A stretch of 64,000 nucleotides of DNA from Candidatus Cloacimonadales bacterium (GCA_963663475.2 CAXXJV010000001.1:2496001-2560000), one strand, 5' to 3'; positions 48,763-59,517 are shown, counted from the first letter of the stretch. A program made the numbers and translations. Notes: generated by a model from the letters alone, not told the origin.

Positions 48763-49197
48763 TTAGAGCTTAGTATGACCAAAGCCACCCTGACCTCTAA
48801 CTGTCTCCGATAAGTCCTCTACAATTTCCCATTGAGGTTCCTCATATTTACTTATCACCATTTGAGCAATCCTCATACCATCAGTAACGGTAAAATGTTC
48901 ATTCCCAAAATTATAGAGAATAACCTTCACTTCTCCCCTATAATCAGGATCAATGGTACCAGGTGAGTTTAAAACACCTATCTGATGTTTTAAGGCTAGT
49001 CCTGAACGGGGTCTAACTTGAACTTCATAACCTGATTCTATAGCTATGGCTAGTCCTGTTGGTATAAGCACCAAACTATTAGGGTCCACAATTATATTTT
49101 TATCTAAACAAGCACAAATATCATATCCTGCTGCATGTTCAGAATACCTTTTAGGCATTATTGCCTTAGCATTCAATTTCTTTATTTCTATTCTCAT
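48763..49197 (-). CDS. dut: dUTP diphosphatase
   Basis: 'AGYD', 'RPRSGLA', 'GTIDPDYRGE', 'RIAQ', 'RGQGGFGHT'. Confidence 0.97.
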   Translation of the reverse strand: MRIEIKKLNAKAIMPKRYSEHAAGYDICACLDKNIIVDPNSLVLIPTGLAIAIESGYEVQVRPRSGLALKHQIGVLNSPGTIDPDYRGEVKVILYNFGNEHFTVTDGMRIAQMVISKYEEPQWEIVEDLSETVRGQGGFGHTKL

Positions 49198-50093
49198 TAG
49201 AATTTTCTTGTAAGTATGAAATCAGTTAAAAGTTCTAGTTTCTCAGCTTTTTCTCCATAGTGGGAAAGTATTTTCTTTGCAGAAGAAATTAATTTTTCTG
49301 CCATTTCATGTGATTTATCTAAACCATAAACAGCTGGGAAAGTAGCTTTTTGAACCTCTGCATCCTTACCAATAGTCTTTCCTAAGAGAGCAGAAGACCC
49401 CTCAACATCTAAGATATCATCGACCACCTGGAAGGCTAATCCTATTTTAGATGCATATTTATCTAATCTTTCGATATCATCTTGAGGTGCATTAGCAGCT
49501 AAACATCCAAATCTTACAGCTAAGTTTAGAAGTTTAGCAGTCTTGTTCTCATGAATGTACTCAAGAGTTTTCTTAGTTACTTTTTTTGATTCATAAGCAA
49601 TATCATTCATCTGACCTGAGATAATACCATCAGAACCTGCAGTAGATGCTAATTCTTTAATATACATCATTTTTTCTTCATCAGTAAAGGGTGAATCTGC
49701 AATCAAGTCAAAGGCAGACACCAAGAGAGCATCACCTGCTAAAAGGGCAATATCAGAGCCATAAACTACATGACAAGACTTTTTCCCTCTCCGCATATCA
49801 TCGTTATCAATCTCAGGAAGATCGTCATGTATAAGAGTATAAGTGTGTAATAATTCTATAGCGCCAGCAAGATACTTAACTTTAGAAAAATCATTATCAA
49901 AAAGAGAGTATATGGAAAGTGTTAAGTAGGGTCTAATCCTCTTACCACCAGCAAACAAGGTATGCCTGATCGCCTTATGAATCTGTTTAGGATATTCATC
50001 TTTTCTAGGTAAAAACCTATCTAAAATAATATTAACTATCTCTCTCTTTTCTCTAATATCTCTTTTAATCATCATTGATTTTTGATTAGACAT
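49197..50093 (-). CDS. ispA: Geranyltranstransferase / farnesyl diphosphate synthase
   Basis: 'GGKRIRP', 'LIHDDLPEIDNDDMRRG', 'FQVVDDILD'; follows xseB. Confidence 0.92.
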   Translation of the reverse strand: MSNQKSMMIKRDIREKREIVNIILDRFLPRKDEYPKQIHKAIRHTLFAGGKRIRPYLTLSIYSLFDNDFSKVKYLAGAIELLHTYTLIHDDLPEIDNDDMRRGKKSCHVVYGSDIALLAGDALLVSAFDLIADSPFTDEEKMMYIKELASTAGSDGIISGQMNDIAYESKKVTKKTLEYIHENKTAKLLNLAVRFGCLAANAPQDDIERLDKYASKIGLAFQVVDDILDVEGSSALLGKTIGKDAEVQKATFPAVYGLDKSHEMAEKLISSAKKILSHYGEKAEKLELLTDFILTRKF

Positions 50094-50097
50094 CTAA

Positions 50098-50310
50098 TTA
50101 CTTCTCCTGATTCTTTCGGTTAATAACTTCAATTTTTTCTTCAAACTTATTTAATTGCTTTTCGCAAAAATCTAATAAATACTTGCCTCTTTCATAGAGT
50201 TCCATCATCATTTCAAGGGAAATCTCAGCCTCTTCCAGCTTTGCCACAACTTTATTAAGTTCTTTGATAGCTGATTCATAGTTCTTTGGTTCTAGTGCTT
50301 TTCCTTCCAT
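50098..50310 (-). CDS. xseB: Exodeoxyribonuclease VII small subunit
   Basis: 'YESAIKELNKVVAKLE...SLE...YERG...C...L'. Confidence 0.9.
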   Translation of the reverse strand: MEGKALEPKNYESAIKELNKVVAKLEEAEISLEMMMELYERGKYLLDFCEKQLNKFEEKIEVINRKNQEK

Positions 50311-50319
50311 TAGTCTTCC

Positions 50320-51246
50320 TTAAGTGAACATTGCATTCACAAATTCCTTTGCATCAAAATCTTGTAAATCTTCAATCCCTTCTCCAACACCTATTAGTTT
50401 TACAGGAATATTTAATACTTTTTTAATATTCAAGACAATGCCTCCCTTGGCTGTTCCATCTAGTTTAGTTAATACTAAGCCAGTAAGTGGTACTATACCA
50501 TTGAATGTTTTTGCCTGATTAATTGCATTTTGACCTGTTGTAGAATCTAAGACTAAGAATACTTCATGGGGGCCATCAGGTGCTACTTTCTTGATGGTTC
50601 GATAGATTTTTTCTAACTCTTTCATTAAGTTAGCCCTATTATGCTGTCTGCCAGCCGTATCTATCATAACAACATCTTTATTTTTGGCTATAGCAGACCT
50701 TATTCCATCAAATACTACTGCTGAAGGATCTGCACCTTGATCTTGTTTAACAATATCAACATCTGCTCGTTCAGACCAAATAGTTAACTGTTCTACAGCG
50801 GCAGCTCGGAAGGTATCTCCTGCAATCATTAAAACTGATTTTTTTTCATCATTAAACCGCTTGGCTAATTTACCAATAGTAGTTGTCTTACCCACACCAT
50901 TAACGCCAATAAACAAGATTATGTATGGCTTTTTATCTGTCATTTCAAAAACTTGACCTTCTTCCTCATAATCAGCCATTAGCTCTTGAGTCATTATATT
51001 TTTTATAATTTCTTGAACTTGTTCTGTTTCTTTAATTTTATTTATTCTAATTTCATCTCTTAACTTATCAATAATTTTAGTGGTCATCTCAACTCCAGTA
51101 TCACCCTGAAGTAAGATTTCTTCCAACTGCTCTAAAAGTTCTTCATCTACTACGCCTCTAAGCTTGACAGCTTCGGCTATTTTACCTATGAAATTATTTT
51201 TAGTAGTAGCTAATTTATCTTTTAGCTTTTTTACAAATTTAAACAT
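50320..51246 (-). CDS. ftsY: SRP receptor FtsY
   Basis: 'GVNGVGKTTTIGKLA', 'DTFRAAA', 'DTAGR', 'TKLDGTAKGG'. Confidence 0.97.
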   Translation of the reverse strand: MFKFVKKLKDKLATTKNNFIGKIAEAVKLRGVVDEELLEQLEEILLQGDTGVEMTTKIIDKLRDEIRINKIKETEQVQEIIKNIMTQELMADYEEEGQVFEMTDKKPYIILFIGVNGVGKTTTIGKLAKRFNDEKKSVLMIAGDTFRAAAVEQLTIWSERADVDIVKQDQGADPSAVVFDGIRSAIAKNKDVVMIDTAGRQHNRANLMKELEKIYRTIKKVAPDGPHEVFLVLDSTTGQNAINQAKTFNGIVPLTGLVLTKLDGTAKGGIVLNIKKVLNIPVKLIGVGEGIEDLQDFDAKEFVNAMFT

Positions 51247-51499
51247 TATTCTGCTCCTAAAGTAAATAACTATTATGTTATGTCATTATAAGTGATCTTA
51301 GTTAAAAGTCAATAGAAAATATTATTTTGTTGAATTATACCTCTAATTGTTATTTTTACTGATTATCATAATATTTAAGTTTTAAAAAAAAGCCCCGAAT
51401 TAACGAGACTTTAATGTCATTGCGATAAATCCGCAGAAACTAAAACAAAAAGGGAAGAAATACCTCCATTTTTAACTTTTCATTGAAACCAAGTATGTC

Positions 51500-53236
51500 C
51501 TATTTTAAAAGTATCCCTTTGCCAGTACTAACTTCATTATTGTTTCTAATCCTAAACAAATATAAGCCTGAAGCTACACTTCTATTGTGATTATCCACCC
51601 CATGCCAGGTAAAGTTATGAGTGCCTGCTGATTGCTTAGCTAAGTCTTTTGTATAGACTTTTTGCCCTTTAATGTTATAAATTTCGACATATACATTACT
51701 GCTTTTCTTAAGAGTATAAGCTATTGTAGTTGTGGGATTAAAAGGATTAGGATATAGAGAGTTTATCCTAATATCAGAAACAGCGTTGACGTCTATATTT
51801 TCTTCTAAATCGTCATTATCAGTTGCAATAATATTATAAGTTAGAAAAGGATAACCATCATTAATTTCAGGGTTAATATCCCAGACATCCCAATCTGCAA
51901 CATCACCATAAGGATCACCCACAAAATCCCATGGAAGATAATCATAAACTTGAGTATAAGTTGCGACATCTTTCATTTGAGCAGTAGTCATACCATCAGC
52001 ATGAATCAAAACTTCAGGATTTATCTCTGCCACTTCATAATCTACATAATTATCATATCCTACCCAGAATTCTCCCCCAAAAGGAATTGTAAAACCTGCA
52101 TCCCTATCTGAACCTATAATTCGGTTAGCTGTATATGATCTATTAATACCTCCATTAAGTTGAACATAAAAATCACCGGCAAAAAGATTAATCATTGGAT
52201 TATTGTTCTCCTGGGCATAGATATCAACCATAGTGTAGCTATTAGAAATAAAACAAAACAGTGCAGAACCTATAAACCCCCCAGTACAATCTGAGCCGGT
52301 TATAAACCCTTTTGCACTACAACCGGCTATTTCAGGGAATTGAGGATCTGGATTATCAGCATCGGCACCTCTCATGTTCCCTACAAATCCACCAACATAC
52401 TCTAGCGTTTCATTATTTAATGATTCTATCTCTGTATAGGAGTGACAATCTACAATATCATAACCATTACTTCCTACAAAGCCTCCAATATAAGAACCTC
52501 CATTTAGCACAATATATGATTCACTTTGGCAAAGAAAAATCTCTCCATCGTTACTACCTATGAATCCTCCAACTATCTCTAAAACATAATGTTCGCTGTA
52601 AAGTTCTAAGGTGCTACTGCAATTTTGAATCCTTGAACCTGAAGAAGAACCAACAAATCCACCTATATCTCCAGGAGATTGAGAAATATCTGCTATGTTT
52701 ATCACAACTTCGGAAGAAGAATATTCTATCAATGAACTATTTACAAATGTAGCAATGCCTCCACTTTTTTCATAACATAAAATACTTCCTGATACAGTAA
52801 CATTGTATACAGAACTTTCTGAAGTTATTCCTATAGCCAATAAGCCTACAATAGAACCAGTATAATTAAAATCTCTTAAAGTTAAATTTTTAACTAGACC
52901 ACCAGTTATCTGTCGGAAGAAACTAGCATTACCATCAACTCCACGATTAAGGTAATGATTGAGAATTTCATAGCTTCCCCCATCATACTGTCCAGAAAAC
53001 CAAATATCATTCCATTCAGCTACTTCATTTACATTAGCAGACTCAGAAGCATCAATATCAGCTGTTTGAAGAAAATAGCTATCCCAAACCTCTTCAGTCT
53101 CAGATAACCAAAGTAAATGAGCAAATTCGCTTATTAAATACGGGTCATCTTCTGTCCCTAAACCAGGAGCTTGTAGCCCCTGACCACATAACATAACACT
53201 ACAAACACATAGCACAGTCACAAATAATAACTTCAT
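51500..53236 (-). CDS. Secreted GLUG-motif beta-helix protein with FlgD/T9SS-type CTD
   Basis: 'GLGTEDDPYLI', 'QTADID', repeated '(I/V)GGF(V/I)G', 'INDGYPFL', 'YPNPFNPTTTI'. Confidence 0.85.
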   Translation of the reverse strand: MKLLFVTVLCVCSVMLCGQGLQAPGLGTEDDPYLISEFAHLLWLSETEEVWDSYFLQTADIDASESANVNEVAEWNDIWFSGQYDGGSYEILNHYLNRGVDGNASFFRQITGGLVKNLTLRDFNYTGSIVGLLAIGITSESSVYNVTVSGSILCYEKSGGIATFVNSSLIEYSSSEVVINIADISQSPGDIGGFVGSSSGSRIQNCSSTLELYSEHYVLEIVGGFIGSNDGEIFLCQSESYIVLNGGSYIGGFVGSNGYDIVDCHSYTEIESLNNETLEYVGGFVGNMRGADADNPDPQFPEIAGCSAKGFITGSDCTGGFIGSALFCFISNSYTMVDIYAQENNNPMINLFAGDFYVQLNGGINRSYTANRIIGSDRDAGFTIPFGGEFWVGYDNYVDYEVAEINPEVLIHADGMTTAQMKDVATYTQVYDYLPWDFVGDPYGDVADWDVWDINPEINDGYPFLTYNIIATDNDDLEENIDVNAVSDIRINSLYPNPFNPTTTIAYTLKKSSNVYVEIYNIKGQKVYTKDLAKQSAGTHNFTWHGVDNHNRSVASGLYLFRIRNNNEVSTGKGILLK

Positions 53237-53340
53237 TTTTACTCCCTTTTCTATATTATACTCAATATCTTTAAGTTTAAGATCAATACAGAGAGAGACA
53301 TCCTCCCTCTGTATTATATTATATTAATCTACATTTTCTG

Positions 53341-53677
53341 TCAACTATTCATAAGAATCATTTTATTAACAACATTATCATTATCAGAAGAGACTTTATA
53401 CAAATAAATGCCTGAAGATACTTTTTTGTTGTTTTCATTGGTACCATTCCAAACAACTGAATGAATTCCTGGACTTAACTTATTATTCACAAGTGTCTTA
53501 ACACGCTGTCCTTTGATGTTGTAAATCTGTAACTTCACAACCGACTCATCTGCTATATCAAAGCTAATTGTTGTTTCTGGGTTAAATGGATTAGGGTATT
53601 TTGATGAAGTTTCAGAGTTAGAGGGACAACATTATCTGTTTCAGAATCCTCCATACCAAATATTTGATAGATGTCAC
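53341..53677 (-). pseudogene. Orphan FlgD/T9SS-type CTD fragment with frameshift
   Basis: ...DNVVPLTLKLHQ / 1-nt loss near 53599-53602 / YPNPFNPETTISFDIADESVVKLQIYNIKGQ...NKMILMNS; no signal peptide or passenger domains. Confidence 0.75.
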
Positions 53678-53848
53678 TCCTTTTTTAATTTTAATTTCTC
53701 ATTTTATTAGTCAAGTATAAATAACTAATAACTTCAATAATCCTTTTCATTTCACACAAGGTTTGTTTATTTATTTTTTACTACATAAGTCACCTCCTCA
53801 TTGTAGGCAATAATTTTTTCATTTTCTTCCTTTTTGTTTAAACACTTT

Positions 53849-54040
53849 TTAATGCTTTTCGATTACTACAGTTTCTCCATTAACTTCAAGAGTAACAACT
53901 TCATCATCATCTGATAGAATAATATAATCTGTTCCTTGAACCTCTTCCCAAGTTACAACTCTTAAGCCTTGATATAGTTCTTGACTTATTAAGGGACAAC
54001 ATAATAATAACATAATAATAATTAAAAGTTTGAACTTCAT
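53849..54040 (-). CDS. Small exported protein
   Basis: GAGG RBS, signal peptide 'MKFKLLIIIMLLLCCPLIS'. Confidence 0.6.
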   Translation of the reverse strand: MKFKLLIIIMLLLCCPLISQELYQGLRVVTWEEVQGTDYIILSDDDEVVTLEVNGETVVIEKH

Positions 54041-54118
54041 TTTTACCTCTCTCTATATATATAGACTATAAAAGAGATTAAAAATGTGCTAGTTTTTCAT
54101 AAACCCCTATTATACTGA

Positions 54119-55087
54119 ATGCTACAGAGGAACAGCGAAATGAATAAAGTTATTAGTAAGGCCTTTGAAAGATCTAAATTTATTGCCTTAAAATATGTCA
54201 AAGATATAGATATTGCTGAAGAAGTTGCTCAATTATCGACTATTCAGTTATATTTAAACTTTGATAAAATTGATAAAACAAAGATAAACAGCTGGTTATT
54301 TGCTGTTACTCGCAATCTTTGTTTGGACATTTTAAAAAAACAAAATGAGACTATAGAGATTTTAGTAGATCCTTTGAATTTAAGTAAAGCCATAGCTTAT
54401 ACACAAATTGGGATAAATGAAGAGCTTGACATAGATATTTATGCTTTTATTTCTCAAGCAGATAAAAAGTTATTAAAGAAATACTACAATCAAAATGTGC
54501 CTATCTTTAAATTAGCTCAAGATTTCAAGATTAAGGAAAGTAAGCTTAAGCAAAAAATACATTCATTAGAAAATGAGATTAAACTGTTTCATTTGATCAC
54601 TAGTGATGTTATCTATTTTAAACCTATCACAAATACCAAATTGGCTAAAAAGATAGATAATTTAATTAAAGCTCTAGTAAAAGCTCTCCAAAACAATAAT
54701 TTAGCTTCTATGAGAAGATATTGCAAAGGGGCTATCATTCATGATTCAATCAAGAAGATTAAGATTAAATCTTATGAAGCATGTAAAATAAAAGTAATTG
54801 AAGATAATAATTATGAAATGGTTGTAGGCTATTTAGATTTTGAAAATCGAATAAGAGTTTTTTTTATTAATTTCTCAATCACTAAGTCTGGAAATATTCA
54901 GGTCTTGGAAATGCCTATTTTACCTAAAAGGGTTTTAGTGATTGATAAAAAACATGTTGCCCATCAGAACCCAACTAAAGAACTCACAAATAGGAAAGGT
55001 GTGTATAATAACAAACTTGGCACAATTGATGAGATGAAAGATAAAGGGATTGCTAAAGTAATTCAAACGGAAGATGACTTTAGCTAA
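54119..55087 (+). CDS. ECF-type sigma-70 factor-like protein with long C-terminal extension
   Basis: Region 2 'DIDIAEEVAQ...SWLFAVTRNLCLDILKK'; region-4-like HTH 'IFKLAQDFKIKESKLKQKI'; start may be ATG 54140. Confidence 0.7.
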   Translation: MLQRNSEMNKVISKAFERSKFIALKYVKDIDIAEEVAQLSTIQLYLNFDKIDKTKINSWLFAVTRNLCLDILKKQNETIEILVDPLNLSKAIAYTQIGINEELDIDIYAFISQADKKLLKKYYNQNVPIFKLAQDFKIKESKLKQKIHSLENEIKLFHLITSDVIYFKPITNTKLAKKIDNLIKALVKALQNNNLASMRRYCKGAIIHDSIKKIKIKSYEACKIKVIEDNNYEMVVGYLDFENRIRVFFINFSITKSGNIQVLEMPILPKRVLVIDKKHVAHQNPTKELTNRKGVYNNKLGTIDEMKDKGIAKVIQTEDDFS

Positions 55088-55215
55088 ACCATAAGCAACT
55101 GAACACAACAAATGTTTCCCTACCACTAAAACTATTCTATTAAATCAAGATTTTCATTGACGAATTTGCCTTGAAAGATTTAATATGCAAAAAAATCATT
55201 AATATAGGAGTCAAG

Positions 55216-55869
55216 ATGGCTAAAGTTATTACTTCTAAACAGGCTGCAGAGATGATTAGACCCAATGATAGACTTATGATTGGTGGATTTCTTGCAGTTG
55301 GAGCCCCAGAAACAATAATTGATGAATTAGTGAAAAGCAATGTAAAAAACTTACACGCAATCGTTATTGCATCTGATTATGAAAATAGAGGAATCGGTAA
55401 ATTGGTTGCAAACAAACAAATTAAATCAGCTCAAGTTTCCCATTTAGGAACAAATAGAGAAATACAAGCACAAATGAATGCTGGACTTATCGACATTGAA
55501 TTAGTTCCCCAAGGAACACTTATGGAGAGAGTAAGAGCTGCTGGTGCTGGTTTAGGTGGCATTCTAACTCAAACAGGTTTAGGCACTTTAGCTCAAGAAG
55601 GAAAACCTGTTATCGAATCTGACGGTAAACTCTATATTTTAGAAAAACCAATCCATGCTGATTTTGCTCTGATTAGAGCTCATAAGGCAGACAAATTAGG
55701 AAACTTAGTTTATAATAAAACTGCTCGTAACTCTAATCCTAATATGGCTATGGCTGGCAAAATCACAATTGCTGAAGTTGATGAAATTGTTGAAGTTGGC
55801 CAAATTGACCCAGAAGCTGTTGTTACTCCAGGTGTGTTTGTTGATTACATAGTAAAAAGGGAGGCATAA
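55216..55869 (+). CDS. atoD: Acyl-CoA:3-oxoacid/acetoacetate CoA-transferase subunit A
   Basis: 'MIGGFL', 'PQGTLMERVRAAGAGLGG', 'DKLGNL...RNSNP'; ATG 55216 with AGGAG RBS (track start TTG 55171). Confidence 0.88.
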   Translation: MAKVITSKQAAEMIRPNDRLMIGGFLAVGAPETIIDELVKSNVKNLHAIVIASDYENRGIGKLVANKQIKSAQVSHLGTNREIQAQMNAGLIDIELVPQGTLMERVRAAGAGLGGILTQTGLGTLAQEGKPVIESDGKLYILEKPIHADFALIRAHKADKLGNLVYNKTARNSNPNMAMAGKITIAEVDEIVEVGQIDPEAVVTPGVFVDYIVKREA

Positions 55870-56540
55870 TGGATAGAAATGATAAAAACTACAAAAGAGC
55901 TCTTATAGCAAAAAGAATTGCTCAAGAGCTTCATGATGGAGACTTTGTTAACTTAGGTATTGGACTTCCCACACTAGTAGCTAATTATATCCCCGAAGGA
56001 ATTACTGTTCATTTCCAAAGTGAAAATGGCATCATGGGTGTTGGTTCAGCACCAAGTCCTGAAAATCAAGACCAAGATTTAATCAATGCGGGTGGTGGAC
56101 ATATCACAGCTCTTCCTGGTGCTTCTTATTTTGATTCTGCTACTTCTTTTGCTATTATTAGAGGTGGACATCTTAATATGACCGTTCTGGGAGCTTTACA
56201 AGTAGATGGTAAGGGTAACCTAGCAAACTGGATGATACCTGGTAAAATGGTTCCTGGTATGGGTGGAGCAATGGATCTAGTTACTGGTGCTAAAAATGTT
56301 GTAGTAGCTATGGAACATTGTGATAAACATGGTAATTCTAAGATTCTTAAGGAATGCACCTTACCACTGACAGCTAAGGGAAAAGTAACTCTTATTGTTA
56401 CAGATATGGCTTTAATTAGAATCACTGACAAGGGTGCTATACTTGAAGAAATAGCTGCGGGATTAACTGTTGAAGAAGTACTTAATCATACCCAAGCAGA
56501 ATTAATTGTAGCTGATAATATTAAAGAATTTGATGTTTAA
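55869..56540 (+). CDS. atoA: CoA-transferase subunit B
   Basis: 'VNLGIGLPT', 'QSENG' catalytic Glu, 'GMGGAMDLV'. Confidence 0.88.
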   Translation: MDRNDKNYKRALIAKRIAQELHDGDFVNLGIGLPTLVANYIPEGITVHFQSENGIMGVGSAPSPENQDQDLINAGGGHITALPGASYFDSATSFAIIRGGHLNMTVLGALQVDGKGNLANWMIPGKMVPGMGGAMDLVTGAKNVVVAMEHCDKHGNSKILKECTLPLTAKGKVTLIVTDMALIRITDKGAILEEIAAGLTVEEVLNHTQAELIVADNIKEFDV

Positions 56541-56571
56541 AAAAACTAAGTTTTTGTTAAACTAAATATTC

Positions 56572-56597
56572 AAGGCTGGGATTTCTCAGCCTTTTTT
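56572..56597 (+). terminator. Intrinsic terminator
   Basis: AAGGCTGGGA-TT-TCTCAGCCTT followed by a T-run. Confidence 0.8.
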
Positions 56598-56673
56598 GAT
56601 GTTATTTTATATTTTTCAATTGACTTGATTTAACTAATAATTAATTTTGTAAAAAAATTCTAAGGAGTCGCTT

Positions 56674-56994
56674 ATGTTCCCAGGTGGAAATATGAAACAG
56701 CTTATGAAAAAAGCTCAAAAAATGCAAAAAGATCTCTTGAAAGCTCAAGAAGAGATGGAAAATAAAATATTCTCAGCTTCCTCAGGTGGCGGTATGGTTA
56801 AAATTGACATGAATGGTAAATTTGAAGTAAAGTCTATCAAAATTGATCCTGAAGTCATCGATCCTGATGATGTTGAAATGTTAGAAGACTTAATTTTAGC
56901 AGCTCTTAAAGATGGTTTTGAACAAGTCTCTAAAAACAATGAATCTTCCATGTCTGATGTTACAGGTGGAATGAAGATACCAGGCTTATTCTAA
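56674..56994 (+). CDS. ybaB: YbaB/EbfC nucleoid-associated protein
   Basis: 'KKAQKMQ', 'SSGGGMV', 'DVEMLEDLILAA'; precedes recR. Confidence 0.93.
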   Translation: MFPGGNMKQLMKKAQKMQKDLLKAQEEMENKIFSASSGGGMVKIDMNGKFEVKSIKIDPEVIDPDDVEMLEDLILAALKDGFEQVSKNNESSMSDVTGGMKIPGLF

Positions 56995-57002
56995 ACTAAG
57001 TA

Positions 57003-57596
57003 ATGATAAAAGCCATTGAAGACTTAAAGGATTCTTTAAAGACTTTGCCGGGCATTGGAGAAAAGACTGCTCAACGCCTGGCATTGCATATTTTATCTCA
57101 AGATAAGCTATATTCAAGCCAGCTAGGTGAATCTATCCTACAAGCAGTTGCTAAAATTGAAAATTGTAAAATATGCAATATGCTTACAGATGATAATCCT
57201 TGTAGATTTTGTAGTGATATAAATCGCAATGATAAAAGCCTTTGTATTGTAGAACATACTGCTGATGTTTTTATGTTAGAATCTACTGGAGAGTTTTATG
57301 GTAAGTACTTTGTTTTAGGCAACTTACTATCTCCTATTGATGGAATAGGTCCTGATGATATTCATATTGACCAAGTCTTATCAAGAATAAAAGATTATGA
57401 TGTTGAAGAAGTAATCATAGCATTAAGTCCATCTGTTGAAGGCGAAACAACAATAGCTTATATCGCAGATAGACTAGAGGATTGGTCTGGTAAAATAAGT
57501 AGATTATCTACAGGCATTCCTTTCGGTGGAGACCTTGAGTATTCTAATAAGATTACTATTGCTAATGCTTTAAAGCATAGATTTAACATGAAATAG
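57003..57596 (+). CDS. recR: Recombination mediator RecR
   Basis: 'LPGIGEKTAQRLA', C4 zinc finger, 'LSPIDGIGP', 'EGETT'. Confidence 0.96.
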   Translation: MIKAIEDLKDSLKTLPGIGEKTAQRLALHILSQDKLYSSQLGESILQAVAKIENCKICNMLTDDNPCRFCSDINRNDKSLCIVEHTADVFMLESTGEFYGKYFVLGNLLSPIDGIGPDDIHIDQVLSRIKDYDVEEVIIALSPSVEGETTIAYIADRLEDWSGKISRLSTGIPFGGDLEYSNKITIANALKHRFNMK

Positions 57597-57604
57597 TAGG
57601 GCCC

Positions 57605-58249
57605 ATGTTTACAGGAATAATAGAAGAAATTGGAAAAATTTCCAGTATTAGCAATCATGGGGGCAAGAAATATTTTACCATTGAAGCTAGTAAAATAAAT
57701 AGTGACTTGAAAATTGGTGATTCAGTTGCTTGTAATGGGATTTGTTTAACTTTAATAAGTTTTACAGATAAAGCAATAACTATTGAAGCCATGAATGAGA
57801 CAATTGCTAAAACAAGTGCTAAATATTGGTCGCTTGGTAATTCTATCAATTTAGAAAGAGCCTTAAGGTTCAATAGTAGACTAGATGGGCATATCGTGCA
57901 AGGTCATGTTGATACTATCTCGCAAGTTCTTACTGTTAAAAAGCAAAATAATACACGCTATATTGAAGTAGTTCTAGACCAGCAATATGCTGATCTTGTC
58001 GTAGCTCAAGGTTCAATTGCAATCAATGGGGTAAGTTTAACTATTGCTAAACTTAATAATAAAAGTCTGCAAGTAGCTCTAATATCTTTAACTGAAGATT
58101 TAACTAACTTATCACTTGTTAAAGTTGGCGATTATGTTAATCTTGAGTTCGATATTATAGGTAAATATATTCTTAGAAGCCAAGAGTTAAAGAAACAATC
58201 ATCAGCTTCACAAATAACAAAAGCATGGTTATATGAACAAGGTTTTTAA
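57605..58249 (+). CDS. ribE: Riboflavin synthase (alpha chain)
   Basis: 'MFTGIIEE', 'GDSVACNGICLT', 'GHIVQGHVD', 'VNLEFDIIGKY'. Confidence 0.95.
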   Translation: MFTGIIEEIGKISSISNHGGKKYFTIEASKINSDLKIGDSVACNGICLTLISFTDKAITIEAMNETIAKTSAKYWSLGNSINLERALRFNSRLDGHIVQGHVDTISQVLTVKKQNNTRYIEVVLDQQYADLVVAQGSIAINGVSLTIAKLNNKSLQVALISLTEDLTNLSLVKVGDYVNLEFDIIGKYILRSQELKKQSSASQITKAWLYEQGF

Positions 58250-59516
58250 GTTTTCTCTCTTACTAATTATCCTTTTGGTTGCTTGTGGCAAAGCCAAAAG
58301 TCCTACTGGTGGTCCTCAAGACAAAGAAGCATTAAAAATTATCTCTATATTTCCAGATAATTATGCTTCTATAAGTGATAAAAAGATTGAAATAACCTTC
58401 AACAAAGAAGTAGATAAAAGATCAGCCCAAAATGCATTTAGATTTTATCCTCCCCTAGAATCCTTTGATATTATAAGTGATGATAGAGAAATAAGCCTAG
58501 TAATCAATGAGGAACTGCTAAAGAATAGAAACTACTATTTAACAATATCTAATCTCCTAAAAGATACTCGTAACAACAGCTTAGATTCTAATACGACTTA
58601 TACCTTTAGTAATGGTAAGTTGCAAGACTCTAGACTTTTTGGTCAAGTTATCTATGCTAAAGATGAAGATAAAGCTGAAGATAAAAAGCTGATTTTGCTT
58701 GATCAAGATTCTGTAACAGTCTTTATCAAGACTTTTTCAGGTCATAACTATGATATTGATGGTTTAGAATATAGGCCTTATATTCTAAGATCTTTTATAG
58801 ATAAAAATAACAATGGAAGATATGATATTGAAAAAGAGCCTTATTTTGAAAAGTATATAGATTCTCTTAAAACCAGTAAAAGTGATATTGTCTTAGCTTA
58901 TGTGGACACCTCAAGAGTCCTAACCCAGAGGGCAAGCGCTCTTAATAATCAACTTGTTGAAGTAAGCCTTTCTGAAGATTTAGCAAGTTGGGATTCTTTA
59001 AGTATTATTAACCCAGCAGATTCTTCATCTTTATCTTTCAGTCATGCCTTTTCTCAAGAAGACAAGTTCTTTATTATTACAAGCCTACAAGATACCTTAG
59101 ACTATCGTCTAGCAATCTTCAATTTGCTTGATAATAATAATAACCTAACTCCTGTATCAAGAATTAATTTCAAAGGATCAAGTCATATTGACACCCTTAA
59201 TTTTAAAATTCTTGATTCATTTCCCGCCAACGGTTCTACTGTTAACGAAAGCTTTCCAGAAATTTATGTAAAATTTGATAAGATTGTTATGGGACAAGAT
59301 ATCAAAGCTAGTTTAAAAGAGAATGAAACTAATAAACTTATTGATTTTGATATAATAGAAAGTAAGACTTTTTCTGCTAAATTCAAGCCCCAAAATAAAC
59401 TAAAGAGTTTCAATAGCTATACTTTTACTATTTCCAGTGAAAGTAAAGACTTTTTAGGAAACAATTTAGACCAAGATTTTCAAATCAACTTTATGGTTAC
59501 AGGAAATAACCAATAA
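58233..59516 (+). CDS. Ig-like (Big_5-type) domain lipoprotein
   Basis: Lipobox 'LVAC', 'SPTGGPQDK', 'FIDKNNNGRYD'. Confidence 0.78.
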   Translation: MNKVFKFSLLLIILLVACGKAKSPTGGPQDKEALKIISIFPDNYASISDKKIEITFNKEVDKRSAQNAFRFYPPLESFDIISDDREISLVINEELLKNRNYYLTISNLLKDTRNNSLDSNTTYTFSNGKLQDSRLFGQVIYAKDEDKAEDKKLILLDQDSVTVFIKTFSGHNYDIDGLEYRPYILRSFIDKNNNGRYDIEKEPYFEKYIDSLKTSKSDIVLAYVDTSRVLTQRASALNNQLVEVSLSEDLASWDSLSIINPADSSSLSFSHAFSQEDKFFIITSLQDTLDYRLAIFNLLDNNNNLTPVSRINFKGSSHIDTLNFKILDSFPANGSTVNESFPEIYVKFDKIVMGQDIKASLKENETNKLIDFDIIESKTFSAKFKPQNKLKSFNSYTFTISSESKDFLGNNLDQDFQINFMVTGNNQ

Positions 59517-59517
59517 C

